Source of the DNA: Octopus vulgaris
Taxonomy: Eukaryota
Length of the DNA stretch: 64,000 nt
Reading direction: 5' to 3'
NCBI GenBank assembly: GCA_951406725.2
Contig: OX597825.1
Location: 65,906,001-65,970,000, forward strand
A program made the position numbers and the translations under genes. Position 1 is the stretch's first letter. The number at the start of each line of letters is the position of its first letter. Under the pieces are notes generated by a model, which saw only the letters and a list, made by a program, of their open reading frames with translations, had not been told where the DNA came from and searched no databases. Of the stretch, positions 29,850 to 43,692 are shown piece after piece.

Positions 29850-31440
29850 GCTTACCAGCTTTGAGCTCATATTAGAGTTAAACATCCAAGTAATGTCGAT
29901 TCGATATTGAAATATTTTGAAACTCTCGAAGCCTCGTTCGAAAATGGATAAATAAAAGAAACACTTCACTGTTCACAAACTACAGCCTTCAATCATAGCT
30001 TTCATGCAAGCTATGAAATTTCTCTGCTTATAAGAAAACATACTAAGAATTATATGACTCTTATATGTTATTTGTTGTATCTGTTTTTCTTGAGAAAGTT
30101 TCTGCCAAAGGGCGACAAAGTTGTCCAAACGATGCCATTGAATTATATTACAAACAAGAACAGAATAGATGACATGGAGAAAAATGTTGAGAAACAACTT
30201 ATTGAGAAATTGAAATCATGAAATTTCTCAATACAAATGGATAAATCTACTATGCGAGTTTGGGAAGCTTTGATATTTGGTGTATGTGAAATAGGCTTTC
30301 CTGGAAGATTTTCAAGATTTTTTTGCTAATCACTAAAAGAAGTTAGTTCTGCAGTTGACATCAATAAAAAAATTCAGTGATTATGTGAGCAAATAACGAA
30401 ATATCAAAACCCAACATTGTATCATGTTTTGCAGATAGTGCCCCGGCTATGAAAAATATAAATACAGGATGTTTAAACTGATGGCTGTTGATAATCTAAT
30501 ATTGTGATATATTAATTTTGATACCAGCCGAGAAAACGTTTTTGCGAAAAGCATTTCTCCTGGACAGCATGAGATGCTGCATCCTGTAATTAAACGCATC
30601 AGTTCCATCAAAGCGAATGCCATATGTGAATGTCTGTTCATGAAGCTTTCTGAAGACGAAAATGCTGAACGTTTTTAATTAATGTTTAATTAATGTGGGA
30701 TTAAGACCTCACACTGAAAATAGGACGAGTATCAAAGAGAAAATGCATCAGAAATTTTATAGAATTTTTTTACCCTCTCAGTGAGCTTCTAATGGACAAC
30801 CTTGAAGTGAATCACCTGTGGACAACAGACTACGAAGCTTAATTGAGCATTTTGACAGACATTTTTAAGAAACTTTGTTTTTTAAACAAGCAAATCCAAG
30901 AAGTCAACGTGTCGATCTTTGATGCTAACTCAAAGATATCTGAACTGGCGACGTTTATGTATGAATTTTAGCCATTTCTCTTAGTTTAAATCATGGGAAG
31001 TAACTAACGCAGCAAAGAATGCCATTGTGGATCACTTGGGAATGCTGGTTAATTATTTGAATGTAAGATTTTCTAATCTGAAAGCAATGGAGATCGCATG
31101 TCGGTTGATTCAGTCATTTCTGGAGAATTTATTTGAAGTTCTAATGCTATACCAAGAGAAGTTACTCAAAATACCAGATACATCTATGAAATCTGTCTCC
31201 AAAATTAAAAGAATTAAATCTGGGAAGAATGAAAAGAAATACCAAAACTTGACTTTTTTAGCAAGGAAAATACTGATGCTTTTTCGACCTTAGTCAAATG
31301 TGGATTTAATGTTGTCTCTTTCTTGTAGCAAGTTTAGGTAACATGAAACGTAACAATTTAAAGCTAAAACTGACGAAATTGGTCCCTCGAATCAAAGAAT
31401 TCAGTATCCAGCATCAAGACCAAGGCACCTACTGAAGCTA
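29850..31440 (+). mobile_element. Heavily decayed hAT (Buster/Charlie-like) transposase
   Basis: Frame-broken motifs FSIQMDKST (family LDEST), ADSAPAM (DGAPAM), RENVFAKSISP..HEMLHPVIKRISSIKANA, terminal HQDQGT. Confidence 0.7.
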
Positions 31441-31460
31441 GTGGTAGTGAATAAAACTTG

Positions 31461-31513
<53 letters not shown>

Positions 31514-31516
<3 letters not shown>

Positions 31517-32088
31517 TCAACTGGTCCTTATTTTATCGACCCCGAAAGGATAAAAGGCCTGGTCCATGGCTACCTTTAGTAGAGACTCCTCGGTTGCTCT
31601 AAGTGTGCGTGGGTTAATAGTTAAGATGTTGCTTTTCCGATCGCGAGATCATGAATTTGTCTTGCAGTAAGGATGCGTGGCTTAGATGTTAAGGTGTTGC
31701 GCTCACGATCGGGAAACCGTGATCTCGATTCCTGAACCGAGCAGTGCATGGTTCCAATGGAAAAAAGAACATTGTATTTCACGTTGCTCTGCACCTGTAC
31801 AGGCAATGTCGATTTGATGGAGAGCGGGAGCTAATGTACAGCACAAGCATTTGATCATTAGAGATAGGTAGTATTTATCCTCATTTAAACGTGGATGTTC
31901 TGCTAGAATAAACTTCACTGTGGTAGATACCATGAGAGACACTCTCATATTGGCTTTCGGTGCAAAATGCACTCTTGTTTATATCGCCAGTGGAGAGATA
32001 GATCCCCTCCATGGCGACACCAGCGCCTGTTCTGGCACTATTTTTCTATATATTACTTTCGAGGAGACGAGCCGCTGCTATTTCGAGC
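31514..32088 (+). repeat. Arm A of an inverted duplication (arm B is 34378-34887)
   Basis: Same composite in both arms: Deu-SINE fragment, V/Meta-SINE head, inserted repeat. ORFs 31703-31972(-) and 34494-34763(+) are near-identical. Confidence 0.9.
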
Positions 32089-32278
32089 GGTAGAGCATCC
32101 ACCACTGACGAAACCAAGGAAGGTCGAAATCACGTGAAATGGTGGTCTCGTCGCAATAGATGGCGGGGATTTATCTCCCCACTTGCACCAAAAGCCAATA
32201 TGAGTTTCTCCCGTGGTATTTACCGCAGTATACTTTGTTCTAACAGAACATCCATGTTGTAGTGTGGATAAATATTAG
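31869..32278. mobile_element. Foldback insertion (imperfect ~130-150 bp inverted arms) in a V/Meta-type SINE, with an HHR in the loop
   Basis: 31870-32018 pairs with 32149-32278 (e.g. CTCATATTGGCTTTCGGTGCAA vs TTGCACCAAAAGCCAATATGAG). Host SINE resumes at ATTTGATCGCTATAAACAAATC, 32315. Confidence 0.7.
32099..32145 (+). ncRNA. Type I hammerhead ribozyme motif with two substitutions
   Basis: CCACCA|CTGACGA|aACC-aaggaa-GGTc|GAAA|TCACGTGA|a|A|TGGTGG: 6-bp stem I and palindromic stem III; G10.1 and U16.1 are both A. Confidence 0.65.
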
Positions 32279-32764
32279 CTCACGGTATTAATACTGCCTC
32301 TTTTGCTAGTATATATTTGATCGCTATAAACAAATCATCACTGCAGACCCTTATCTGTCATCCCTGCGACAGGGAAACCCAGGTCTCCCTTGCAAGAGTT
32401 CCGTCTAAGGACCACTTGATCCCATCAAATATATCAAAGCTAGTGTGTAGTATTGAGCGCTGTTCATTCTTAACGGATTCGGCGATAAAGAAATCTAAAG
32501 TAAATCATTTGATATAATTAAAAGAAAAGGAAAAAAATGTGAGTTAGTTGGTGAATAATTGTAAATGTTATTAGATTTGAAACATATCTTTAAGCAATTA
32601 GAACAAAGCCATAGAATGTAAAGATAATAGTAATGAAATAATCATTTATTTTTTGCACTCAGTAACTATTATGTTCAACACGGTTTATGATTAGTACAAT
32701 GCTAGATGCTGAAAATAGAAATTGTTCATCACGTACGATCGCGTATGTATGTGTGTGTACATGC

Positions 32765-32820
<56 letters not shown>

Positions 32821-32851
32821 GTATACTACAGCTGCTACTATAACTACTGGC

Positions 32852-33171
32852 ATTCCGTCGGTTTCGACGACGCGGGTTCCAGTTGCTCCGATAAATGGAA
32901 CAGTTCAGCTTGCTCGTTAAACGAATATGAAAGTGGGTGAGCTCTCCACAAACACGTTTACCTTTAACGTAGTTCTCGGGGAGATTCAGCATGACACAGA
33001 ATATCAAAAGGATGGTACTTTCAAATGCAGATACCAGTCATTTTTGCCAGCTGAGTGGACTGGAGCAATGCACAATTAAGTGTTATGCTCAAGGACGCAA
33101 CGCGTCACCGGGAATTGATCTCAAGGCCTCATGATCGTGAACTGATTACCCTAACCACTAAGCCGCGTGCC
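32852..33171 (-). mobile_element. tRNA-derived SINE with V/Meta-like domain
   Basis: Colinear with 41176-41495. Confidence 0.82.
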
Positions 33172-33200
33172 ATTATTTATATATGTATATATATATATAT

Positions 33201-33275
<75 letters not shown>

Positions 33276-33655
33276 TGTTTTGTGTTTGTGTGTGGTGTGT
33301 GTGTGTGTACTACGAGTGCTCAGTTTGGCTTACCACTTAAACTTTGGCTTGAACTACAACTGAGAATTGTGGTGCTGAGAATGCCTATTAAAAGCGGCTA
33401 GAAGTGGTTTCTCCTTGAGCGGATTAAAATGAAAAAGGAAAAAGCATGATTGTTTTTTTTCTTTTATCTTTTACTTGTTTCAGTTACCGATTTCAATGCT
33501 TTTTCAGATGAAAGAAGAAAGAGACAGTCAACGCATTTAGGAAGACTTACGAGTTATATTGTTACTTAAAACATGTTGTCTCGCCCCCATTTAACGATCT
33601 TACGAATTTTTAAGCTGCCTGGGCCCGAATCAAACTCCTTTAATATATATATATA

Positions 33656-34022
33656 TCATATAAAATCCGTTCTGTCAGTCTGTGTGTGTGTGGCTTCTAG
33701 GATCTCGGGCATCCTCCATCCGATTGCGCTCAAATTTGATATGTAGATACCGATGGTATCAGGGCGTGTATAAGTCTTGTAAAAATTACAAATATCGATT
33801 CCAGGTGAGAATACGATCGATAAAGCCGTGGGAAATCGTTTTTCTGTGGAATAGGAAGAAAGTCTATCTTTATTTCTTCTTTTGCCGGTGTCTCAAATTT
33901 AGGTTAAATCAGTGTTTCTCAAAGAGGAGGCCTATGGGACGGTCGGACAAGTTGTTCTGCGAAAATTTGATTTAATTGTTTGACAACTCAGCACCATCCA
34001 TTGGACGGGCGGCGTTTTGCTC

Positions 34023-34023
<1 letters not shown>
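33656..34023 (+). mobile_element. Non-autonomous Helitron-like element
   Basis: 5' A|TCATATAAAA...TCTGTCAGTCTGTG; 3' imperfect hairpin CCATCC-att-GGACGG, then GCTCG|T (a CTAG-like end). Confidence 0.62.
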
Positions 34024-34066
<43 letters not shown>

Positions 34067-34377
34067 AATCAAAATGAGGGTGAAAATTGGATATTAATTT
34101 GATAACATCAATTTTAACACCAGCGGTCTAGCATATAAAAAAACGGAGATTCAGTAAGTAGTATTTCATACATAAATATAAGTGGGAATATTTTTAACCA
34201 CTATGTGGAAACCCTTATGCTAGAAGAAGATCTGCTATGGTCTCAACCACTAAGAATTGCTCTCCAAAAAAATTTAGCACACCAGAAACGTAAGCGAGCA
34301 AGACAAATGAAAAATAACAAAAATATAGATTAATCACAAATAATTGTTTCACTAGCAATAAGTTACGATAAAACTTA

Positions 34378-34887
34378 CTCGGAAATAGCAGCGGCTCGTT
34401 TCCCCGAAAGTCAGATATAGAAAAATAGTGCCAGAACAGGCGCTGGGGTCGCGATGGTGGCGATCTGTCTCTCCACTGGCAATATAAACAAAAGTGCATT
34501 TTGCACCGAAAGCCAATATGAGAGTGTCTCTCATGGTATCTACCACAGTGAAGTTTGTTCTAGGAGAACATCCACGTTTAAATGAGGATAAATACTACCT
34601 ATTTCTAATGATCAAATGCTTGTGCTGTACATTAGCTCCCGGTCTCCATCAAATCGACATTGCCTGTACAGGTGCAGAGCAACGTGAAATACAATGTTTG
34701 TTTTTCCATTGGAACAATGCACTGCTTGGTTCAGGATTCGAGATCATGGTCTCGCGATCGTGAGCGCAACATCCTAACTAGTAACCCACGCACACTTAGA
34801 GCAACCTAGGTGTCTCTACTAAAGGCAGCCATGGACCAGGCCCCTTTTACCCTTTCGGGGTCGATAAAATAAGGATCACTTGAGTAT
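34378..34887 (-). repeat. Arm B of the inverted duplication
   Basis: Reverse complement of 31514-32088, lacking one of the two tRNA heads. Confidence 0.9.
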
Positions 34888-34919
34888 ATATGAGCGGCGT
34901 TCAATCATATAATAATATA

Positions 34920-34964
<45 letters not shown>

Positions 34965-34996
34965 TATGTATGTGTGTGTGTGTATGTGTGTGTGTG

Positions 34997-35040
<44 letters not shown>

Positions 35041-35220
35041 TGTGCGTGTGTGTGTGTGTGTACATACTTACATCTATACTTATATATATATATGCATATA
35101 TTAGCCCAGGATGTCATGAAGCGTGTACAACAAAAAATACGAAGTACGAGTACATGGAATATGAACTATTTTTTTCGAACAACGAACGACACAAATGGAA
35201 AACAAGACGAACAACATATG

Positions 35221-35268
<48 letters not shown>

Positions 35269-35357
35269 GTAATTTTTACTTTCAGAAGATCTTTTTTCAA
35301 ATATAGTGAATGTATCAATAAATTTATATGTATCAATAAATTTATACACACACATAC

Positions 35358-35414
<57 letters not shown>

Positions 35415-35500
35415 TGTACATAAATATGCGTGTGTTGTGTGCGTGTCGCTGTGTATGTATAAGCACGTGCATTTATAAATATGCCTATTTATATACATAC

Positions 35501-35535
<35 letters not shown>

Positions 35536-35926
35536 TGTATGTATGTATGTATGTATGTATGTATAAAGTCATAGCAAAGTACTGGTTTAATCAGTAGTTA
35601 CATCAATCTAAATGTCTGTTTAGTGAAGTTATGCTTAGGGACACAGACGAAGGAAATTCGGTTAATTAATCATTTGAATATTTAATAGAGTCGGTTAATT
35701 CTTCTCGGTATAGCTTGTGAGTTAGGGGAGATAAATAAGAAGAATTTTGCATTAAGAAAAGTCAATTACAGATTTGTTACGGAAACTAACAAACACATAA
35801 AATACACACACACATGTATGTATGTATGTATGTATGTATGTATGTATGTATGTATGTATGTATGTATGTATGTATATATATATATATATATGCAAACCAA
35901 ACCCAAAAACGAAACATGTATATAAG

Positions 35927-35965
<39 letters not shown>

Positions 35966-36091
35966 TTAAAGCGGTGCTCCATCAAGGCTGCAGTCAAATG
36001 ACTAAAACAAGTAAAATAATAAAGGAATATACATACATACATACATACATACATACATACATACATACATACATACATACATACATACATA

Positions 36092-36445
36092 CAAGATTTA
36101 CGGAATGGTGGAATGGAATAGATAAAACCCGGGTTACGTATGTTTCATAGCGAGCGGAACCTCAGAAGTGGTAAATATCCAAGTGAAGCATATACTGCAA
36201 GCTACTTTTCAGGCCAAGTATATCTTGATTAAATGAAAGTTTACATTGTCGTATTCTGATTGAATCTTCCATGCAATAGCATGCAGCTCCTTGCATACAA
36301 TGTAAACTTTCATATAATCAAGATATCCCCGGCCTTAAGAGTAGCCTGCGGTACGCACCTCGCTTGGATATTTACGACTTCCTAGCTCCGCTCCCTATTA
36401 AACATATGTAGCCCAGATCTTATCTACTCCATTGCGTAAATCTTA
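36092..36445. mobile_element. MITE / foldback element with ~150-165 bp imperfect TIRs
   Basis: AAGATTTACG...ATGAAAGTTTACATTGT (36093-36258) mirrors ACAATGTAAACTTTCAT...CGTAAATCTT (36297-36444); TA on both flanks. Confidence 0.85.
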
Positions 36446-36614
36446 TATTCTTATTCTCACACCTGACAACTCTGGCCGCCTACCGTGAAATATACCGTTT
36501 TTGTAGGAAAATTGCATTAAACTTACCTTAGTTTTTCTAAAAGACGTTGTTTGTGAATAAAATATTTATTAGTCATTTAATCACGATGCTGAGTAATGCA
36601 CAATATACAACATA

Positions 36615-36775
36615 GGCTCAGGAGTGGCTGAGTGGTAAGTAGCTAACCAACCACATGGTTCCGGATTCAGTCCCACTGCATGGCATCTTGGGCAAGTGTC
36701 TTCTGCTATAGCCTCGGGTCGACCAATGCCTTGTGAGTAGATTTGGTAGACGGAAACTGAAAGAAGCCTGTCGTG

Positions 36776-36838
<63 letters not shown>

Positions 36839-37077
36839 GTATGCGTGTGTGTTTGTGTGTCTGTGTTTGTCCCCCTAGCATTGCTTGACAACCGATGCTG
36901 GTGTGTTTACGTCCCCGTCACTTAGCGGTTCGGCAAAAAGAGACCGATAGAATAAGTACTGGGCTTACAAAGAATAAGTCCTGGGGTCGATTTGCTCGAC
37001 TAAAGGCGGTGCTCCAGCATGGCCGCAGTCAAATGACTGAAACAAGTAAAAGAAAAGAAAAGAAAGAAAGAAAGAAA
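36615..37077 (+). mobile_element. CORE-type SINE, full length
   Basis: Highly similar to 27839-28262; (AAAAG)n tail. Confidence 0.92.
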
Positions 37078-37844
37078 TAGTGATGACACTTCAGGTACGC
37101 CATTTTTTTTTTTTAAGGTTAGAAAACCCCAGGATTTGCCGTGTTCTATTTCCCCAGTTAGAGAACATCAAAACATTTCTATACTTGCAAATAACCAGCG
37201 TCTGACCAAAGCTCATTGAAAAGAGGGTAACAGCTTCAATGGCGCTCAACTAACAATTTTCTGTCAACACGACAAAATATTCTGATTCCCAAGGCAACAA
37301 CCTCGGTGGCGCCTAACTATAAATTCTGTGGACATGACAAAACAGTCTGATTCTTTGAAATTAAATTCGATTCTTTTTAATTAAAAATTATCCAGTCAAT
37401 TAATTTTATATATATTTTACAAGGAAACTAAAAGAACATTTGAATTTTACTTTTCAACCATTTTCTTTTTATTTTTCAAATTGCTTTTGAAATTAACTGC
37501 ATGAATGTAATTTTTATGTTTAATTTTTTTTTCTTTTGTGTGGCTAACTTCCATCAATGAATCTGAAAGATTTTTACGACCATTTCTTTTTTCCTAACAT
37601 TGTCTACAGCTGAACAATACGTTAAAACAATATATAGTTACTGTCACTCTGGGACATCTACGAACCATTCAATTTTATGTTGATTCGCCGCTCCATGGGA
37701 GATGAAAATTTGTGTAACAGGGATACGACACAGAGTGACAGAAAAGTAGAAGAAATACTTACCAGTTGCTAAATTATTTATAGATACGTTATATAAAGAC
37801 GTCACATAAATTTATATACCATACTCCACATCTAACAGAACTTA

Positions 37845-38056
37845 TTTACTTTTTACTCTTACTCTTTGACTGCGGCCATGTTGGAGCATCGCCTTTAATC
37901 GAGCAACTCGACCCCGGGACTTATTCTTTTTGTAAGCCCAGTACTTATTCTATCGGTCTCTTTTACCGAACCGCTAAATGACGGGGACATAAACACACCA
38001 GCATCGGTTGTCGAGCAATGCTAGGGGGACAAACACAGACACACAAACACACAGGC

Positions 38057-38087
<31 letters not shown>

Positions 38088-38258
38088 CAAATATGCGACG
38101 GGCTTCTTTCAGTTTCCGTCAACCAAATCCACTCACAAGGCTTTGGTCGGCCCGAGGCTATAGTAAAAGACACTTGCCCAAGGTGCCACGCAGTGGGACT
38201 GAACCCGGAACCATGTGGTTGGTAAGCAAGCTACTTACCACACAGCCACTCCTGCGCC
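37845..38258 (-). mobile_element. CORE-type SINE, full length
   Basis: Reverse complement of the family consensus. Confidence 0.92.
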
Positions 38259-38473
38259 TGTTAAAAATTTTATTCAGAAGCTATATTAATAAAATTAACT
38301 TCTACTTAAGATTGTTTTTTTTTTGTGATCTACTATGCTCTGGTTTCAGCTAATTATGTATGTGTATACATATTTTATGCATTCTTGTGTCTCTGCGCCA
38401 TATTGTATATCACATTTATCACTCATATTTTTGGACCCCAAAAATTAGTAAACCAATAACTATGCGGGGGTTG

Positions 38474-38516
<43 letters not shown>

Positions 38517-38534
38517 GAAACATATATATATATA

Positions 38535-38571
<37 letters not shown>

Positions 38572-38657
38572 GTGTATATATATTTATATATATATATATG
38601 TATATATTCACATATATATAGAAAAGTATTTATGTGTGTATGTGACACATGCACACT

Positions 38658-38712
<55 letters not shown>

Positions 38713-38809
38713 ACCACACAAATACACACATTTGCACATCTGCGCATACATTTACATACACATGCACACATATATAGAGAGAGATAAGTGAATGTGTGTT
38801 ATGTGTATA

Positions 38810-38845
<36 letters not shown>

Positions 38846-38877
38846 TGTATGTGTAGATATATATATATATACATAGA

Positions 38878-38915
<38 letters not shown>

Positions 38916-39533
38916 TGTATGTATAGATATACATACATGTGTATATATATGTATATATAAATATATATATATATATATATACATGTATGTATGTATGTAT
39001 GTATGTATGAGGGTTCGTTTGTATAATTTAGCAAGAATGTTATTACATTTATGAATAAACGGGATTAAAAACTAATAGAGTTGCTAAGCTCTGTTACGGG
39101 AATTAAGACATGCACCGCCAATTTCCTGATCCTGAGTAAACGTGCAACCAGTTATGACGCATTAAGATTCCTTTTTTAAAACAAATACACTGTGATATCT
39201 ATATTTTTTTTAGAAAAAAAGCACAAGAAGAAAACTATTACTTTTTAATAAGATGCCAAAATAAATTATGCATCTATAAATGTGGATCAAGTAATTCGAA
39301 AGGTCTACCGACCCAAAATGTTAATTTTTGCATTTTTGCACAAGTTATTAGATATTTCCTTTCCAGGCAATTATATTAGATAATTCCACATATGTTTCAG
39401 CATTATTCTGATTTCTCTGAATCACTAAAAAAATTTTATGTGTGTTTACTTAATGGTTTTTACAAGTTTAGGAAGAGTATGCGTCGGCGAAGAGGACAGA
39501 GCAAAACCGGATCGTAACCAGAGTTGTCTCAAA

Positions 39534-39843
39534 TACGTAGCTGGGTTAGAAAGTTCATAGGCTAACTAAGGAGTGACACTCGATATGTGAAATCTTGCAA
39601 ACCTTAATTTCAGCTCTTCTTATCAATAAATTTATTGTTTCGTGCCAGGTAAAATGAGATCCGACGGTTCAAAGAAAACCTCACATGTAGCTAGTTGCGA
39701 CTTCTCTTGAAAATGGACAAAATTTGGTATTGTGGTATTATCAAGTACCGGCAGGAAAATGGTTTCGCCCCCAACGACAATCATGCAAACACGGTTGCTA
39801 TGGTTGCTATATATATATGAGTGCGTGTATGTGTGTATGTGTG

Positions 39844-39880
<37 letters not shown>

Positions 39881-41080
39881 CTCTAGTTTTATCAACGGTG
39901 CAAAAGTGAGCAGCTGAATTTAGGAAGGGAAAGGGGAGTCTTAAAGATGAACCGAGGTCTGGACGTTCTGTAGCTGTCATCACCGAGGAAAGCATTGATC
40001 GTATTCACCACATGGTGATGGACGAACAGCGATTGAACTATATAAATCAAATAGCCAGTGTTATTAGAATATACCATGTGGGAATTGAGAATATTTTGCA
40101 CAATGAATTTGGCATGATGATCACATCATGGGAAAACCTAACGTTGTTTGAGTCAGATCCAACCGGTTTCTTTGAACATTTCATAATCCAGGTTTTGTGC
40201 TGGTTTCGTCACCTTGAGCCAGATGCAAAGAGACAATCCATGCAGTGGAAACATCCCTCCTCACCTGCTCCAAACGTCGTTTCAACAGCATAGGAGTTGA
40301 TGGCCTCAGTTTTGTAGGAATGCAAAAAACATTGCGTTTGTTGATTATCTTCAAAAGGGCCACACCATCAATGGAGAGTACTATGCCAAGTTGCTGGGGC
40401 TCTTACAAAAGGCTATGAAGACCAAACACCCAAGAAAACTGACGAAAGAGGTTTTGTTTCATCAGAATAACGCTCCTTCACACAAACCCTTACTTTCAAT
40501 TGCTGCTATGCGTGGCCATGGCTTTGAACTGGTTGATCACCCTCCCTTATCTACTGATTTGGCCCCGTTTGACTATCATTTATTTCCCAACATGAAAAAA
40601 CACGTTGACAGGAACGGGTATCGCAGTGATGATGACGTCATATCTGATGCTGATGACTTTTTCGACCAACAGGATGAAAGCTTCTTCCGCGATGGGATCG
40701 AAGTACGGCAACACCGATGGGAAAATTGTGTATACCTATTCCTTTACTACCCACAAGGGACTAAACACAGAAGGAACAAACAAGGACAGACAAACGGATT
40801 AAGTCGATTACACCGACCCCAGTGCGTAACTGGTACTTATTTAATCGACCTCGAAAGGATGAAAGGCAAAGTCGACCTCGGCGAAATTTGAACTCAGAAC
40901 GTAACGGCAGACGAAATACCGCTAAGCATTTCGCCCGGTGTGCTAACGTTTCTGCCAGCTCGCCGCCTTGAAAAATTGTGTATACCGCAAGGAGAACTAA
41001 GTTGAGAAATAAATCTCATTTTTTCACATTCCCTCAAAATATTTTGGTCCAACCTATGAACTTTTCAACCAGCCCACGTA
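39534..41080 (+). mobile_element. Near full-length defective mariner (DD34D type) with TIRs and TA TSD
   Basis: TIRs TACGTAGCTGGGTTAGAAAGTTCATAGG / CCTATGAACTTTTCAACCAGCCCACGTA; motifs DEPRSGR, KRQSMQWKHPSSPAP, HQNNAPSH...HPPLSTDLAPFDYHLFP. Interrupted by (TA)n and a SINE. Confidence 0.92.
40737..40969 (-). mobile_element. Deu/Nin-type SINE, tail A, inserted in mariner
   Basis: 15-bp TSD AAAATTGTGTATACC at 40722-40736 and 40972-40986. Confidence 0.93.
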
Positions 41081-41175
41081 CTTTTCCGAAAAATAATTTT
41101 AAAAAATCAATCATTGATTAATATCATTTTGTGCTGTTTCTTTCTCTCTCTTTCTCTCTCTCACTAAAAATAAGA

Positions 41176-41495
41176 CTCCGCCGGTTACGACGACGAGGGT
41201 CCCAGCTGATACGATCAACGGAACAGCTTGCTCGTGAAATTAACGTGCAAATGGCTGAGCATTCCACAGACACGTGTACCCTTAACGTAGTTCTCGGGGA
41301 TAATCAGCGTGACACAGAGAGTGACAAGGCTGACCCTTTGAAATACAAGTACAACTCATTTTTGCCAGCTGAGTGGACTGGAGCAACGTGAAATAAAGTG
41401 TCTTGCTCAAGGACACAACGCGTCGCCGGGAATCGAACTCACAACCTTACGATCATGAGCCGAATGCCCTTAACTACTAAGCCACGCGCCCTCAC
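41176..41495 (-). mobile_element. tRNA-derived SINE with V/Meta-like domain
   Basis: Minus strand: GGCGCGTGGCTTAGTAGTTAGG (A box), GAGTTCGATTCC (B box), GTGTCCTTGAGCAAGACACTTTA, CTCCAGTCCACTCAGCTG. Flanked by a CTCTCTCTCACTAA repeat (possible TSD). Confidence 0.88.
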
Positions 41496-42480
41496 TCTCT
41501 CTCACTAAGAGCAAATGTTTTCCCAGATAGCATTTCAGTGCTCCATGTAATAAATATGTCGACATAACGTAGCCATGCATAGTTAAATTCCTATAATAAA
41601 TGTATAACAAAACAAGATATTCCTTCTCAATTTAGTTAACAAAGCAAAACATTAACTATTTCTTTTCTCTCTCCCTCTACCTCTCTCTCTCTCTCTCTCT
41701 CTTTTTCTCTCTACCACATGTATATGTGTGTCTGTGTGTTTAAATACGTGTGTATATGTGTTAGACGAGTATTTTTCTGTCTGTTCGTCCCTCATCATAT
41801 TACGAAAATATCTGGGAAAATATCTGGGGTTTTTACCACGATAATTGAAAAACGGAGAATAACGTTTTTCAACGAAGAGTAACTATTTCAACTAAAATTA
41901 TATGATTTTTATATTTTATTATTCGTCTTGGCCAATATATTAATATAATTTACTAAGAAATCAATATGTTTTAGTTTATTCAATGTTGACACATTTGCAA
42001 AATCACTTCAAATTTTTTTTTCTTCTTTTAATTCGTTTCTGCTTCCGACATCTGTCTTCAAACTGAAAATCATTTAAATTTATGTTGAAATAGTCTTTCC
42101 AACAACACAGAAACATGTACACATATAAACATATGCATTCATGTATGTGTGTACGTGTGTACGTTTGTACGAGTCTATGAATGAGGGTGTGTGTGTATTC
42201 AAGTATATGCATACACACACCTCGCCACTGAATTACCATGGTGACACAAAAAAAAATGACAAATAGAGATGAGAGCATTGAATTAGAAAAGCGAAACGGA
42301 GACTTATATAAATGGCAAGAACGGAAAAACACATTTTGAAAAGATGAAAAGGAAGGTGAGTATACTGGGAAATACCATCAGCTTTATAGTGTGTTTTGTG
42401 TACCGTATTATTGGAGTAGTAGTTATCTTAGAGACGTCCGGCACACGAAAGGCAGGACTGATCAGCAGGATTTGAACATA

Positions 42481-42666
42481 TAGGTGCAGGCGTGGCTGCG
42501 TGGTAAGAAGATTGTTTCCCAACAACATGGTTCCGGGTTCAGTCCCACTGCATGGCATCTTGGACAAGTGTTTTTTACTATAGCTCCGGGCCGACCAAAA
42601 CCTTGCGAATCGATTTGGTAAACGGTAACTGAAAGAAGCCCATTCGGTATACACACATACATACAT

Positions 42667-42711
<45 letters not shown>

Positions 42712-42850
42712 TGTCAGTGTGTGTGTGTGTGTGTGTGCTTTATGTCTATGATTGCCCCCACCACCACAGCGTCACAACCGCTGTTGGTGTGTTTACGTCG
42801 TCGTAAGTTAGCGTTTCGACAAAAGATACTGATAGAGTAAGTACCAGGGC
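42481..42850 (+). mobile_element. CORE-type SINE (3'-truncated)
   Basis: Family head and body. Confidence 0.85.
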
Positions 42851-42952
42851 ATGTTTGTTGAATGCTTTCCTTATTGTGCCAGCTATCGTTCTATGTACGT
42901 ATGAACGTAGGCATTTATGCATGTCTGCTTTATGTGTGTATGTACGCATACG

Positions 42953-43148
<196 letters not shown>

Positions 43149-43692
43149 TGAATTGTTTCAGCTTTAAAGTTGTGGCTATGCTGGGGCACCACTCTTCGGG
43201 GTCGATAAATTAAGTAACAGTTGTGTACTGAGGCCGATCTAATAGGCTGGCCCCCTCCCAAAAAATTTCGAGCCTTATGCCTTGAGTAGAAAAGAATATA
43301 CCTTATAAATAAAGTCAGCGAAATCATAGGAGCTTCAATATGCAACCGAATATTATCGATTATGTCACAGTTATGTGGAAGACATCACACGTGGCCAGTA
43401 ACGTGACGTTGACGCTAAAACAATATACAATGCCACCGGAAAGTAAAACTGTCTTATTATTGAATATATGCATAAACATCAGCACAGGGAATATTGGTGG
43501 AACATTCCAGTCAAAAATTGTAATAAATGTGTGTATATAAAAGGCCGGATATCGTCGTCTGAGACATACAAGAAAATATATGTACCGTCATGGAATTCAG
43601 TTCCTCTGCTAATGTGAATAGCTCTTCAAAATTCAAATTTAAAGAGGGTATCTACGGTCAGCTGTTTCGAAACCTTACATTTATACCAATAA

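Noticed and set aside
43655-43692. GAAACAGCTGA half-HHR (minus) next to the Helitron
   Set aside because: No CUGANGA found on the other side of the insertion.
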